NCBI GenBank assembly: GCA_964585985.1
Contig: CAZPFV010000003.1
Coordinates: 1 to 52,229 of the forward strand
Length of the DNA stretch: 52,229 nt
Direction: 5' to 3'
DNA from: an uncultured Candidatus Saccharibacteria bacterium
GTDB lineage: Bacteria; Patescibacteriota; Dojkabacteria; SC72
Below are positions 8,639 to 18,469 of this stretch, one piece after another (positions within the stretch are counted from its first letter, which is position 1; the number at the start of each line of letters is the position of its first letter). The position numbers were made by a program, and so were the translations under genes. The notes below the pieces were generated by a model that ran no database searches, had not been told where the DNA came from, and saw only the letters and a program-made list of their open reading frames with translations.

Positions 8639-9778
8639 ATGGAAATTGCTATTGCATTAATTGGGGGATTACTTTTAGGAGTAGGTATCTTTTATTTTTT
8701 CTTTAGAGGCACTCGCAATCAGAATGAGCAAATTACTGACTTAGTATCTCAGAAGTTGACTGAAATGATGCCAGGGGCGTTAAAAGAGGCAAATGAAGCC
8801 TTAATTACTATGGCGAATGAGAAATTGGGTGCTGAATCTAGTAAGAGTAGGTTAGATTTGGAAAATAAAAGGGCGGAGATAGAGCGGTTGGTAAAGGTAA
8901 TCCAAGATGATTTGAAAGAGAGTAAAAAAGATTTAGAGAGTACGGAAAAGGATAGGATAAATACTTTTTCTTCTCTTAAAACTTCATTAGAGGAGTATAA
9001 AAAAATTACAGAACAGCTATCAGTAAGTACTGAAAATTTAAAAAAAGTGCTCTCTAATAATCAGCTTAGAGGACAGTTTGGGGAGCAGGTTGCAGATGAT
9101 TTACTGAAAATGGCGGGTTTTGTCGTAGGAGAATCATATACAAGACAGGAGAGTGAAGCTGGGAGTAGGCCAGATTTTACTGTGTATTTGCCTGATAAGA
9201 CTAAGATAAATATTGATGCTAAGTTCCCTTATGCTGCTCTACAGAAAATGACAGATACTGAAGATGTTGAAGCTAAGAAAAGATATATGAAGGAGTTTGA
9301 GCATGATATTAAAGAGAAACTTAAACAGGTTACATCAAGAGATTATATTAATCCCGAAGATAGGACTGTAGATTTCGTTATTCTCTTTATACCTAATGAA
9401 ATGATATTTTCATTCATATATGACAAAATGCCTCAAATTAGAGAGGAGGCTCTAAACAAGAAAGTCATTCTTGCGGGGCCTTTTAGTTTTACTGCTATTT
9501 TAAGAATGATTAAACAGTCATATGAGAACTTTAGAGTTCAAGAGAATATTTATAAGATTGTTGGACATGTTCAGGCTGTAGAGAAAGAGTTTGATAAATT
9601 TACAGATGAATTTGATAAGGTAGGTGTAAGAATAGATCAACTTCATAAGCAGTATACGGATGTTAGTACGACTAGAGTAAATCAGATGAGAAGGAAAATG
9701 GATTTAGTTAAGTTAGAAGATGGCTCTGCTGCTACCATTCAGATCCCACTGATTGAAGAAGAAATAAAAGAGGGCTAA
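8639..9778 (+). CDS. rmuC: DNA recombination protein RmuC
   Basis: N-terminal TM, long coiled coil, then the RmuC nuclease-like core (GQFGEQVADDLL, RPDFTVYLPD, INIDAKFP, FVILFIPNE). Confidence 0.85.
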   Translation: MEIAIALIGGLLLGVGIFYFFFRGTRNQNEQITDLVSQKLTEMMPGALKEANEALITMANEKLGAESSKSRLDLENKRAEIERLVKVIQDDLKESKKDLESTEKDRINTFSSLKTSLEEYKKITEQLSVSTENLKKVLSNNQLRGQFGEQVADDLLKMAGFVVGESYTRQESEAGSRPDFTVYLPDKTKINIDAKFPYAALQKMTDTEDVEAKKRYMKEFEHDIKEKLKQVTSRDYINPEDRTVDFVILFIPNEMIFSFIYDKMPQIREEALNKKVILAGPFSFTAILRMIKQSYENFRVQENIYKIVGHVQAVEKEFDKFTDEFDKVGVRIDQLHKQYTDVSTTRVNQMRRKMDLVKLEDGSAATIQIPLIEEEIKEG

Positions 9779-9821
9779 ATAGCCCTCCTCCAATTCAGTC
9801 TAAAGTACTTTCTTTTTACAT

Positions 9822-10460
9822 TTATGATGTAGCTGGTTTCTCTGTTGTTTCTATTTCAGAAGTGGGTGTAGTGCTTGCGATATCATCCTTTGGTTTCCAT
9901 GCTAAGAGATAGAATAGGATGTATGAACCGATTCCCGTCAGTACAATGAGCCCTAATAGTTGGTCATATCCTCTTTTCTCAGTTACTCTCATTATTGCTA
10001 TTATAGTCATTATTTGTCCAACGAAGGGAACAAGTAACCACCATGGACTCTTTTCTCCTAGTTGCATCACCATAACCATTTGTAAAATTGGTAACCAAGC
10101 AAACCAAGGTTCTTTATATCCTAAATCTTTTCCAATTTTTGCTAGTGCTAAAGAGAGAAAAATGTATGAGGAGAGAGAGATTAAAATGGGAATGAAAAGA
10201 AGAACTCCTAAGCCAGCAAGTACAGCTAAGGGATTTACTATTTCATCATCTTCTATTTGAGACCTTGTTGTAACGAGCATATCCTCTAGAACCTCTTTAG
10301 CATCAAGATCGGGGATCTCGTACTCTGTAACTTCCACAGGCGCCTCGTAAGGAATTACTTCGAAATCATACTCGGACTCCTGCTGAGCAAAGAGTGGTGA
10401 GAATGGGAGTAGGAGTAATGTAAGAAGTACTACTACAAATACTTTTCTGTTTTTATCCAT
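9822..10460 (-). CDS. membrane protein with signal peptide and acidic linker. The C-terminal part resembles the DUF5684-type small membrane domain.
   Basis: Signal peptide (VFVVVLLTLLLLPFSPLFAQQ). Motif LAKIGKDLGYKEPWFAWLPIL...GEKSPWWLLVPFVGQI between TM helices. Start set at ATG 10460. Confidence 0.45.
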   Translation of the reverse strand: MDKNRKVFVVVLLTLLLLPFSPLFAQQESEYDFEVIPYEAPVEVTEYEIPDLDAKEVLEDMLVTTRSQIEDDEIVNPLAVLAGLGVLLFIPILISLSSYIFLSLALAKIGKDLGYKEPWFAWLPILQMVMVMQLGEKSPWWLLVPFVGQIMTIIAIMRVTEKRGYDQLLGLIVLTGIGSYILFYLLAWKPKDDIASTTPTSEIETTEKPATS

Positions 10461-10564
10461 AATTAGGGATAATAAATTATTTATACTTAAATTTATCACG
10501 CTTATGGCATTAATAGCAATGTATTTAAGATGAATAAAATTAAGAATGTAAATTATTTTTAAAT

Positions 10565-11164
10565 ATGGTACTCTTAAGTATGTCAGAAGAATTATCTTTT
10601 AAAGTAATTGAGGGTAGTATTCCAGTATGTCTATCTGCTCCTCATGAATACCCCCATAGGAGACCATCTTTAACCATGTCATACAAATGGGGTGAGAAAT
10701 TAACAGGGAAGATTGTAGAAGATATTACAGTTCGAACAGGAGCTTGGGGCATTATTCAGACAGAAGAAACATCATACGATGCTAATTGGCATAAGTTAGA
10801 GAAGAATCCGTATAAGTCTAAGCTCGCCGACATTATTCAGAGAGAGAAAATAAAGAAATTTATAGATATTCATGGACTTAAGGAGGAGTATAAATATGAT
10901 GTAGGTATATACTACCCAACTAAATTCACAAACTCCATTCTTTTAGCAAACGATATTTCCAATGCGATGGATAAGGGTAAGTTAAAGGGTTTAAATATTT
11001 GTATCTTTAGATGCCCAGATGATATGCAAGAGACTTTAGGAGAGTATGTTGCAGATAAGCTTAGAGTTCCATCTGTTCAATTGGAAATTGCTAGATATAT
11101 TAGAGAATCTGATGAATTAAGAGAGGAGTTAGTAAGGAACATCTCTTCGTTTTTGGTTGTGTAA
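10565..11164 (+). CDS. hypothetical protein, possibly N-formylglutamate amidohydrolase-fold
   Basis: LSAPHEYPH, IDIHG and VQLEIAR are spaced like the FGase-type metal-binding motifs. This is a weak, by-eye assignment. Confidence 0.35.
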   Translation: MVLLSMSEELSFKVIEGSIPVCLSAPHEYPHRRPSLTMSYKWGEKLTGKIVEDITVRTGAWGIIQTEETSYDANWHKLEKNPYKSKLADIIQREKIKKFIDIHGLKEEYKYDVGIYYPTKFTNSILLANDISNAMDKGKLKGLNICIFRCPDDMQETLGEYVADKLRVPSVQLEIARYIRESDELREELVRNISSFLVV

Positions 11165-11252
11165 TTTTCATTAATATATACCCTATTTTTTGACTATGAT
11201 ATTCTCCTTTGATATTCTAGATAATGTATTTAAGTTTATATAGTATTTTACT

Positions 11253-12269
11253 ATGGCAACAGTAAGTAAAGATGTAAAAGTATCTCCGCAGAGTGGAAAG
11301 GACAAAGCTATTGGTGTAGCAATCGCACAAATTGAAAAACAGTTTGGTAAGGGCTCTATTATGAAATTAGGAAGTAGCGAAAAAATTGATGTCGATGTAA
11401 TACCCACAGGTGCACTCTCACTCGATTTAGCATTAGGCATCGGGGGTGTTCCCAAGGGGAGAATTATTGAGATTTACGGTCCAGAATCTTCGGGTAAAAC
11501 AACTCTAGCGATTCATATTTTAACAGAGGCACAAAAGAAGGGAGATGCAGTTGCTTTCATTGATGCAGAGCATGCCTTTGATCCATCATATGCTAAAAAT
11601 ATAGGGCTCAATATTGATGAACTATACATATCTCAGCCAGATTTTGGAGAGCAGGCATTAGAGATTTTGGAAACTTTAGTTAGATCAGCTGCTTTCGGTG
11701 TCATTGTTGTTGACTCTGTTGCTGCTCTTACACCAAGAGCTGAGATTGAGGGTGAGATGGGTGATAGTCATATGGGTTTGCAGGCTAGATTAATGTCACA
11801 GGCTTTAAGAAAAATTACAGCAATTGCTGGTAAAGCTGGTACGACAATAATATTTTTGAATCAACTAAGAATGAAGATAGGTATTATGTTTGGTAATCCT
11901 GAGACAACAACAGGGGGTAACGCTTTGAAATTTTACTCCTCTGTAAGAATGGATATTAGGCAAAGGGACAAGATAATGAGAGAAGGAAATATTGTAGGTC
12001 ATACTAGAGTTGTTAAGGTTGTTAAAAACAAAATGGCTCCACCGTTCAAGGAGGCATCCTTTGATATGATATATCCTTTAGGTATAGATAAGGAGAGTAG
12101 TATATTAGATGCAGCAGTGTCACAAAACATAGTTGAAAAGGCTGGTGCTTGGTTTAAATACGGTGATAAACAGCTTGCACAGGGAAGAGATGCTACTGTA
12201 ATTGTACTTAAAGAAGATAAGAAACTAAGAGATGAGATAGAGAAGGCGGTTCGTGTTAAAATGAAATAG
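11253..12269 (+). CDS. recA: recombinase RecA
   Basis: [11 protein letters not shown] Walker [10 protein letters not shown] and [10 protein letters not shown] motifs. Full-length 338 aa. Confidence 0.97.
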   Translation: MATVSKDVKVSPQSGKDKAIGVAIAQIEKQFGKGSIMKLGSSEKIDVDVIPTGALSLDLALGIGGVPKGRIIEIYGPESSGKTTLAIHILTEAQKKGDAVAFIDAEHAFDPSYAKNIGLNIDELYISQPDFGEQALEILETLVRSAAFGVIVVDSVAALTPRAEIEGEMGDSHMGLQARLMSQALRKITAIAGKAGTTIIFLNQLRMKIGIMFGNPETTTGGNALKFYSSVRMDIRQRDKIMREGNIVGHTRVVKVVKNKMAPPFKEASFDMIYPLGIDKESSILDAAVSQNIVEKAGAWFKYGDKQLAQGRDATVIVLKEDKKLRDEIEKAVRVKMK

Positions 12270-12917
12270 ATGATAGTCACAAAGATAGAGTATCAAAAGA
12301 GAGATCCCAATAGGGTAAATGTATTTGTTGATGAACAGTTTTTTTGTGGTATATCGCTAGATACATTAGCTCGAGAAAATTTGTATGAAGGTATGGATAT
12401 TGATGATGAACTGATGGAGAGAATTTTTCAAACAGATTTAAGGAATAGATTTTTAGTAAGAGCTACAGAGTATCTCTCTCACTCTCCGAAAACAGAGTTT
12501 CAACTTTTGAGATATTTAAAAAATCTTAGATTTAAGAAAAAAGATATTTGGTTTAAAGAGGGGATTAACTTAGATTGGGATAATTTTTTTAATGATATAC
12601 TTTGTAAGCTCAAAGAGTATAAATATATCGATGATGAAAATTATGCAAGGCTGTTTGTGCAGAGTAGATTAAGGAGTAAGCCTAGAAGTAAAAGTGTTTT
12701 AATAGGGGAGTTAATGTCAAAGGGTGTAAGTAAAGAGATAGCTCAAAGTATTGTCGATGAAGAGGTCATAGATGAGATAGATTTGTTGAAAGCAGCTTTT
12801 GAGAAGAAATATAGAGGTAAAAAGTTTGATATCAAGGATCAAAAAATGGTTACTTTTTTGCAGCGTAAAGGTTTTAGCTGGGATTTAATTGAGCAGTACA
12901 GTAGAGATGAGTCTTAA
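12270..12917 (+). CDS. recX: regulatory protein RecX
   Basis: Starts on the nucleotide after the recA stop. Three-repeat helical RecX pattern (RATEYLSHSPKTEFQLLRYL, ENYARLFVQSRL, MVTFLQRKGFSWDLI). Confidence 0.8.
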   Translation: MIVTKIEYQKRDPNRVNVFVDEQFFCGISLDTLARENLYEGMDIDDELMERIFQTDLRNRFLVRATEYLSHSPKTEFQLLRYLKNLRFKKKDIWFKEGINLDWDNFFNDILCKLKEYKYIDDENYARLFVQSRLRSKPRSKSVLIGELMSKGVSKEIAQSIVDEEVIDEIDLLKAAFEKKYRGKKFDIKDQKMVTFLQRKGFSWDLIEQYSRDES

Positions 12918-14619
12918 AAGTAAAAGTAATTGGATATTACCAAAAGAGCCTATGAAGGGAGATATCGTGGGGTATATCTTAGATAGAAGAGGTATTGATA
13001 AGGATACCTTTCTAAATTCTACTCTTAATGATATTCCATCTCCGAAATTTCTGTATGACAGTAAATCTGCTGCTAAAGTTATTATAAAGGCTATCAAAAA
13101 TAAAAAGAAGATAGTGATTCATGGTGATTTTGATTCTGATGGAATATGTAGCGTTAGTTTACTTTGGGAATTTCTTTTCAAAGAAGTATCCAAAGAATTA
13201 AATATGAAAATTGATGTAATCCCATATATACCAAGTAGGGTAGAGCAGGGGTATGGGTTAACAGATTCCTCTATTAACGATGTCTTGCATCTGGGTGGAG
13301 AGTTGTTAATATCTGTGGATTGTGGAGTTAGAGATACAGAGCTAATTAATAACTATATGAAAGATACTGGATTGCAATTTGTAATTACAGACCATCATCA
13401 ACCACCTACTGATTTTAATGAAAATATTGATTATTCACTTGTACATCCAATGTATCAAGGGCATGAATATCCAAATACAATGATTTGTGGAGCCTTTGTT
13501 GCCTTTCTCACTATACAAGCTATTAAAAGAGAATTGGGTATGGAATGTGAGATAGATTCAAATACAAGGGGCTTAGATTTAGTGGCATTAGCTACAGTTA
13601 CAGACTTAATGCCACTGTTAGATATAAATAGGGTAGTGGTAAAGTACGGTATAGAGCAGATTAGGAAGAGTAATAGGGTTGGTTTAAGAGAGTTAATTAA
13701 AGTATCAGGATTAGAGCCAAATGATATTGATAGCTATCACTTAGGATATATTCTGGGGCCAAGAATTAATGCTGCAGGAAGGATAGGTTCTCCACTAGAT
13801 GCTGTAAAACTTTTAGTTAGTGACAAGGTAGAGGTATGTAGAAAAATTTCAGAAATACTTAATGAAACTAACTACACTAGACAGCATATGACCCAAAATG
13901 GATTAGATGAAGCTATTCAGATTATTAACGATAGTAATGATAAGGTACTATTTGTTGTTGGTGAGCAGTGGCATGAGGGAATTGTTGGATTAGTAGCGGG
14001 TAAATTAAATGAGAAATATCATCGTCCAGTACTTGTAGGAACTCAAACCGATGAAGGAGTAAAGGGTTCTGCAAGAAGTATTACAGGCTTTAATATCACA
14101 GATGCCCTATCTCGTTGTGAGCGTTACTTGAAAAGATATGGAGGACATGAACTAGCTGCTGGTTTTACTGTTAAGAAGGGTAAAGAGAAAGAGTTCTCAA
14201 AGTGTATTCATAAGATTGGTGAAGAGAGCATTACAGATGAAATTCTAATAAAGGATTTAAATATTGACTTACTTCTAGATACAGATGATGTTGATAACTT
14301 TCTGATTGAGCAGCTGGATACTCTCCAGCCGTATGGATATGGGAATAGTAAGCCATTAATAGCGCTACAGAATTTAATAATTGTAAAGAAACAAATAATG
14401 GGTAAATTAGGCAATCATATGAAATTAATATGTAAAGGGGGTGGGGTAGAATTAATAACTCTAGTACTTTTTAACTGTGATTCAGACACAGACGAATTAA
14501 ATGTTGATGATAGAATTGAGGTAGTTGGTGGAGTAGGATTAAACTCTTGGAATGGAAACGAAGAGATTCAATTTTTAGTAAAAGAGTGGAGATTATCTAA
14601 CTCCCTTTCTTCACATTAA
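12907..14619 (+). CDS. recJ: single-stranded-DNA-specific exonuclease RecJ
   Basis: DHH family motifs (HGDFDSDGICS, SVDCG, ITDHHQP, ATVTDLMPL, GGHELAAG). ATG 12907 is preferred over TTG 12889. Overlaps the recX end. Confidence 0.9.
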   Translation: MSLKSKSNWILPKEPMKGDIVGYILDRRGIDKDTFLNSTLNDIPSPKFLYDSKSAAKVIIKAIKNKKKIVIHGDFDSDGICSVSLLWEFLFKEVSKELNMKIDVIPYIPSRVEQGYGLTDSSINDVLHLGGELLISVDCGVRDTELINNYMKDTGLQFVITDHHQPPTDFNENIDYSLVHPMYQGHEYPNTMICGAFVAFLTIQAIKRELGMECEIDSNTRGLDLVALATVTDLMPLLDINRVVVKYGIEQIRKSNRVGLRELIKVSGLEPNDIDSYHLGYILGPRINAAGRIGSPLDAVKLLVSDKVEVCRKISEILNETNYTRQHMTQNGLDEAIQIINDSNDKVLFVVGEQWHEGIVGLVAGKLNEKYHRPVLVGTQTDEGVKGSARSITGFNITDALSRCERYLKRYGGHELAAGFTVKKGKEKEFSKCIHKIGEESITDEILIKDLNIDLLLDTDDVDNFLIEQLDTLQPYGYGNSKPLIALQNLIIVKKQIMGKLGNHMKLICKGGGVELITLVLFNCDSDTDELNVDDRIEVVGGVGLNSWNGNEEIQFLVKEWRLSNSLSSH

Positions 14620-15940
14620 TCAATTTGCCTATTCTATTTGGAGTATTAGGAAGGTATGTCGTTTCTAATATACTTTCAAAATCTAATAGTTTCATCATAA
14701 ACCTTTCAGTACCTAACCCAAAACCCCCATGAGGAGGACATCCATATTCAAAATATTCAAAATAGTCTTTTAATGATTCCAGCGAAATACCTCTTTCTTC
14801 TGCATTCTCTTTAAGTTGTTCGAATCTATGCTCTCTCTGCGAGCCTGAGGTTATCTCAATCCCTTTCCAAAAAAGATCAAAACCTAAAGCAAAAGGTGGG
14901 TTACTATTATCCTTCATATGATAGAAAGCTCTCTTACTGTGTGGGTATTCATAGACAAAAACAAACTCAGAACCTGTTTCTTCCTCCATAATCTTGGAGA
15001 TTGCCCTCTCTTCTTCTGGAGAGAAATCGCCATCTTCTTTACTCGGGATATTTAGCTTTGCTAATTTTTCTTTAATTTCTTTAACTGTAATGTATGGGAA
15101 ATCTCCCTGTGGAACTTTAATATTGACATTAAATATTTTTTTAATATCCTCACCGTATTCAGATTTAATATTGTTAAGTGCATATTTAATCATCTCTTGC
15201 TCAAATTTGCATACCTCCATAAATGAATCTATATATCCTAACTCAGCATCAAAACTTGTATACTCCGTTAAGTGTCTGGTTGTAAATGATTTCTCTGCTC
15301 TAAATACAGGACCCACATTAAAAACTCTATCTAAATCTGAAGCTATACCCATTTGTTTGTGAAACTGAGGAGATTGTGCTAAATATGCTTTTTTATCAAA
15401 ATATTTCACTTCAAAAACTTCTGCACCACCTTCGCTTGCAGCACCAAGTATTCTAGGAGCCTCTATCTCAATACATCCGTTATCAGTGCAAAATTGCCTA
15501 AATGATTCACCCATTATTGTGGCTACCTTCATCATCAAGATATTCCTTTCTGATCTAAGGTCTAACCATCTGTAATCTAATCTTTTATCTAAGTTAGTGA
15601 TATTTTTTAAATACGGTTGTTCTATGACGATGGGTAAGGGAGATTTAGATACAGAATCAACAGTAATCTCTTCTATCTCTATTTCATACCCTGTGGCTAC
15701 CTGTTTTGCTTCTTTAACAAGACCTTTGATATCTACGACAGACTCAGCAGTTAAATTCTTTGAAATATTGAATACTTCTGTATTCCCTCCTGACCAAGAG
15801 ACACACTGCACTTTTCCTGTGATATCTCTAATGACTAAAAAAACAATTTTTCCTTGATCTCTAATAGTATCAACTCTACCTCGAATTCGGACTTTTTCAC
15901 CAATTATCTCTTTAAGCGCAGATATGTATATTCTTTCCAT
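14597..15940 (-). CDS. aspS: aspartate--tRNA ligase, archaeal/eukaryotic type (class IIb; possibly non-discriminating)
   Basis: N-terminal OB fold. Class II motifs FRAEKSFTTRHLTEYTSFDAEL and GGFGLGTERFMM. The 447-aa size lacks the bacterial insertion domain. Confidence 0.85.
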   Translation of the reverse strand: MERIYISALKEIIGEKVRIRGRVDTIRDQGKIVFLVIRDITGKVQCVSWSGGNTEVFNISKNLTAESVVDIKGLVKEAKQVATGYEIEIEEITVDSVSKSPLPIVIEQPYLKNITNLDKRLDYRWLDLRSERNILMMKVATIMGESFRQFCTDNGCIEIEAPRILGAASEGGAEVFEVKYFDKKAYLAQSPQFHKQMGIASDLDRVFNVGPVFRAEKSFTTRHLTEYTSFDAELGYIDSFMEVCKFEQEMIKYALNNIKSEYGEDIKKIFNVNIKVPQGDFPYITVKEIKEKLAKLNIPSKEDGDFSPEEERAISKIMEEETGSEFVFVYEYPHSKRAFYHMKDNSNPPFALGFDLFWKGIEITSGSQREHRFEQLKENAEERGISLESLKDYFEYFEYGCPPHGGFGLGTERFMMKLLDFESILETTYLPNTPNRIGKLINVKKGS

Positions 15941-16047
15941 CTTTTTAATATCAATATTATTTGGTTATTATATATTACATTTTCTTAAAAGAAAAATATG
16001 TAGTTTGCCAGGTATGGGCTAACTTGATAATATCTCTATTATCAATA

Positions 16048-17100
16048 ATGGAAAATATACAGAGAAACATCTCTCTCCCTCAGGAAAGATACGACAGAGA
16101 GCTATACAAACAGGCTGTTAAGGCCGCTAAAGAGGCTAAGGAGCTCGAGAGAAGAGATAGAAAGAGGGATAAGGTTAGGAAGATATTACTCTCATTTGTT
16201 CTTCTACCTGTTGTAGTAATATCGGGGTACTTTGTACTCTCTCTCTTTAAGCCTAAGGCCGAGTATACCTTAGCTAATGAGTCTCCTAAAGCAAGAAAGT
16301 ATGACTTTATAGAGGAAGAGAAAGAGACTACGCCTTTCTCTACTGCAACTTTATCAATACCTGAGATATCTTCTCAAGGTGCTATGGTGTTTAATCCTGT
16401 GACAGGAGATGTACTTTATGAAAAGAATGTTAATGAAAAACGGAGTATAGCGAGTTTAACTAAGCTAATGTCAGCAATTATAGTTCTAGAGACATTTGAT
16501 TTAGATGATGTTATTACAGCGTCTAGAGAAAATATTCCTGAGGATATGGATTGGCAACTTGGTGTGAAAGAAGGAGATAGTATTACAGTAGAAAACTTGC
16601 TTAAATCGATGCTCATTAGCTCGTATAATGATAGTGCATATATTATTGCAAATGCATATCCCAATGGGGGCTATTCAGCCTTTATAAAGGCAATGAATCA
16701 GAAAGCAAAATCTCTTAGAATGAATTCTACTACTTTTAGTAATCCTGCTGGTATAGATGAAGAGGAAAATTTTTCTACCGTTAAAGATGTTGCGATATTA
16801 ACCTCTGTCGTAAGGAAATATCCTGATATATTACGCATTGTTAAAATAGGCAAGGAGATTCTTAATTGGGGATCATCAGATGGTATAGCAAGTAAAGAGG
16901 TTTTTACTACAAACCAACTGTATGCATCAACGCCGTATATAAAGGGGCTAAAAACAGGTATTACTGATTTAGCTGGTCAGTGTTTTGTTGGCTACTATGT
17001 ATACCCTAATGGTAATGAGATAGTGACGATTGTTGTAAATTCCAAAAATAGATTTGATGAAACTGTTCTCTTAGAGAAATATGCAAGAGAGAAATTATAG
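16048..17100 (+). CDS. D-alanyl-D-alanine carboxypeptidase (S11 penicillin-binding protein), membrane anchored
   Basis: SxxK (SIASLTK), SxN (SYND) and KTG (LKTGIT) motifs in canonical order with an N-terminal TM helix. Start set at ATG 16048. Confidence 0.8.
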   Translation: MENIQRNISLPQERYDRELYKQAVKAAKEAKELERRDRKRDKVRKILLSFVLLPVVVISGYFVLSLFKPKAEYTLANESPKARKYDFIEEEKETTPFSTATLSIPEISSQGAMVFNPVTGDVLYEKNVNEKRSIASLTKLMSAIIVLETFDLDDVITASRENIPEDMDWQLGVKEGDSITVENLLKSMLISSYNDSAYIIANAYPNGGYSAFIKAMNQKAKSLRMNSTTFSNPAGIDEEENFSTVKDVAILTSVVRKYPDILRIVKIGKEILNWGSSDGIASKEVFTTNQLYASTPYIKGLKTGITDLAGQCFVGYYVYPNGNEIVTIVVNSKNRFDETVLLEKYAREKL

Positions 17101-18408
17101 GGAGAAAATTCCTTTACTCGGTTCAACGGGGGCTTCCTCGATTACAACTTTGTCAGTTACAATCTCGTAATTTATTGCAGGGTAATATATATCAAAATCT
17201 GCTCTTGTTCCATCTGCTAGCTCTGCTTCACCTGAGAAGTAGTAAACAGGCTGTAGATAGTTTTGAGAGAGCAAACCTTCGTAATATGTTAAGGCTACTT
17301 GTGTAATTAGGAATTTTTTAACCTCTTGTGGGGAGTAGGGGGCTACTTCATCATTTTGATAATTTAGATGTACAATACTTCCCTCTCCGTTCTTTATTTT
17401 CTCTTCTGCCATTGATGCAGATATTAGGGGATATGTACCACAACTATCTTCTGAGATATCCCATACTTTGTAGTCAATTTGATAAATTTCTTTAAGCTTT
17501 TTAACATCATCATTTTTCGGACCAACATATACAGAGACATTGGATTTGTTAGTGATTTGATGTGTCATATATGTCTTAAAACTATATATCTCTATCGTTT
17601 CACCATTAATATTTTTCTTTTCAGTAACAGCATTCATATTTCTTCTTTCTAAAGAGGAAACCATTCTCTCTGCACCTACGATATTGCTGGCGATAGTAAT
17701 TAGTGGGAATTGTCTTAAGAAGTCAACTCTAATTAAATCCGCAGAGAGTAAAGAATCGGCTTGAACATATGTTCCATCATCTTCAATTTTAATGAGGTAG
17801 ACTAGTGGTCGACTTTCATCGTATCCACTTAAGTAGAGACTGAGTGAATTTAGTGCTTTTTTAGCGAGAACAATTGCTTCATCTGTACTAGGTAAATCTT
17901 TTTCTGCTCTTATACTTTTGATTTTCCTTGTATTAGTATTAAATGTGAAATTCAAATCCCCAACATTAACTCGAAGTGACCTTTGGGAAACTCTGTCTTG
18001 CCATGTATATTCTGAAGAAAATTTTCTCATAATTTCTCCCTCCTCAAAGCCCATGGCGGTTGCAAGTTTCTTTGCCCTATCTTGAGCATCGATATACTCT
18101 CCTAGATCTTCATATCTATATACATTTACAATATCTGGAAGATTATCATCTAATTTCCCTGTATCTGTTTGGACCTCATATGTGGGGGTAGAGCCATCTT
18201 TAAGATTGTAAGAGGGAATGGAGAGTACATTGTCTAAAAACTCTTCCCTCTTCTCTGTACATGCACAGCTTGCGGTTTGATATTGAGGAGGTATTGGAGC
18301 ATTGCCTGGGTTGTATGCAATTACAACGATTACGGCGATTACAACAACAACCCCAATTGCCACTATTCCTAACCGTTTAGTCCAAAATGCAGCTTCAGTT
18401 AATGTCAT
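17095..18408 (-). CDS. hypothetical membrane-anchored extracytoplasmic protein (437 aa)
   Basis: Single N-terminal TM (LGIVAIGVVVVIAVIVVIA) followed by a large soluble part with no recognisable motif. Confidence 0.5.
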   Translation of the reverse strand: MTLTEAAFWTKRLGIVAIGVVVVIAVIVVIAYNPGNAPIPPQYQTASCACTEKREEFLDNVLSIPSYNLKDGSTPTYEVQTDTGKLDDNLPDIVNVYRYEDLGEYIDAQDRAKKLATAMGFEEGEIMRKFSSEYTWQDRVSQRSLRVNVGDLNFTFNTNTRKIKSIRAEKDLPSTDEAIVLAKKALNSLSLYLSGYDESRPLVYLIKIEDDGTYVQADSLLSADLIRVDFLRQFPLITIASNIVGAERMVSSLERRNMNAVTEKKNINGETIEIYSFKTYMTHQITNKSNVSVYVGPKNDDVKKLKEIYQIDYKVWDISEDSCGTYPLISASMAEEKIKNGEGSIVHLNYQNDEVAPYSPQEVKKFLITQVALTYYEGLLSQNYLQPVYYFSGEAELADGTRADFDIYYPAINYEIVTDKVVIEEAPVEPSKGIFSL

Positions 18409-18469
18409 GATATAATGATTGTAGCATATGTGATTTAATTTGACCTAATTTTATACTACTTAGGCAAGT

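Noticed and set aside
8635-8641. Back-to-back divergent start codons (CATTATG) for the flippase-like gene and rmuC
   Set aside because: The flippase more plausibly starts at the internal ATG 8592 (MNLSKH). That leaves a 46-nt promoter region, so the 1-nt spacing is probably an ORF-extension artefact.
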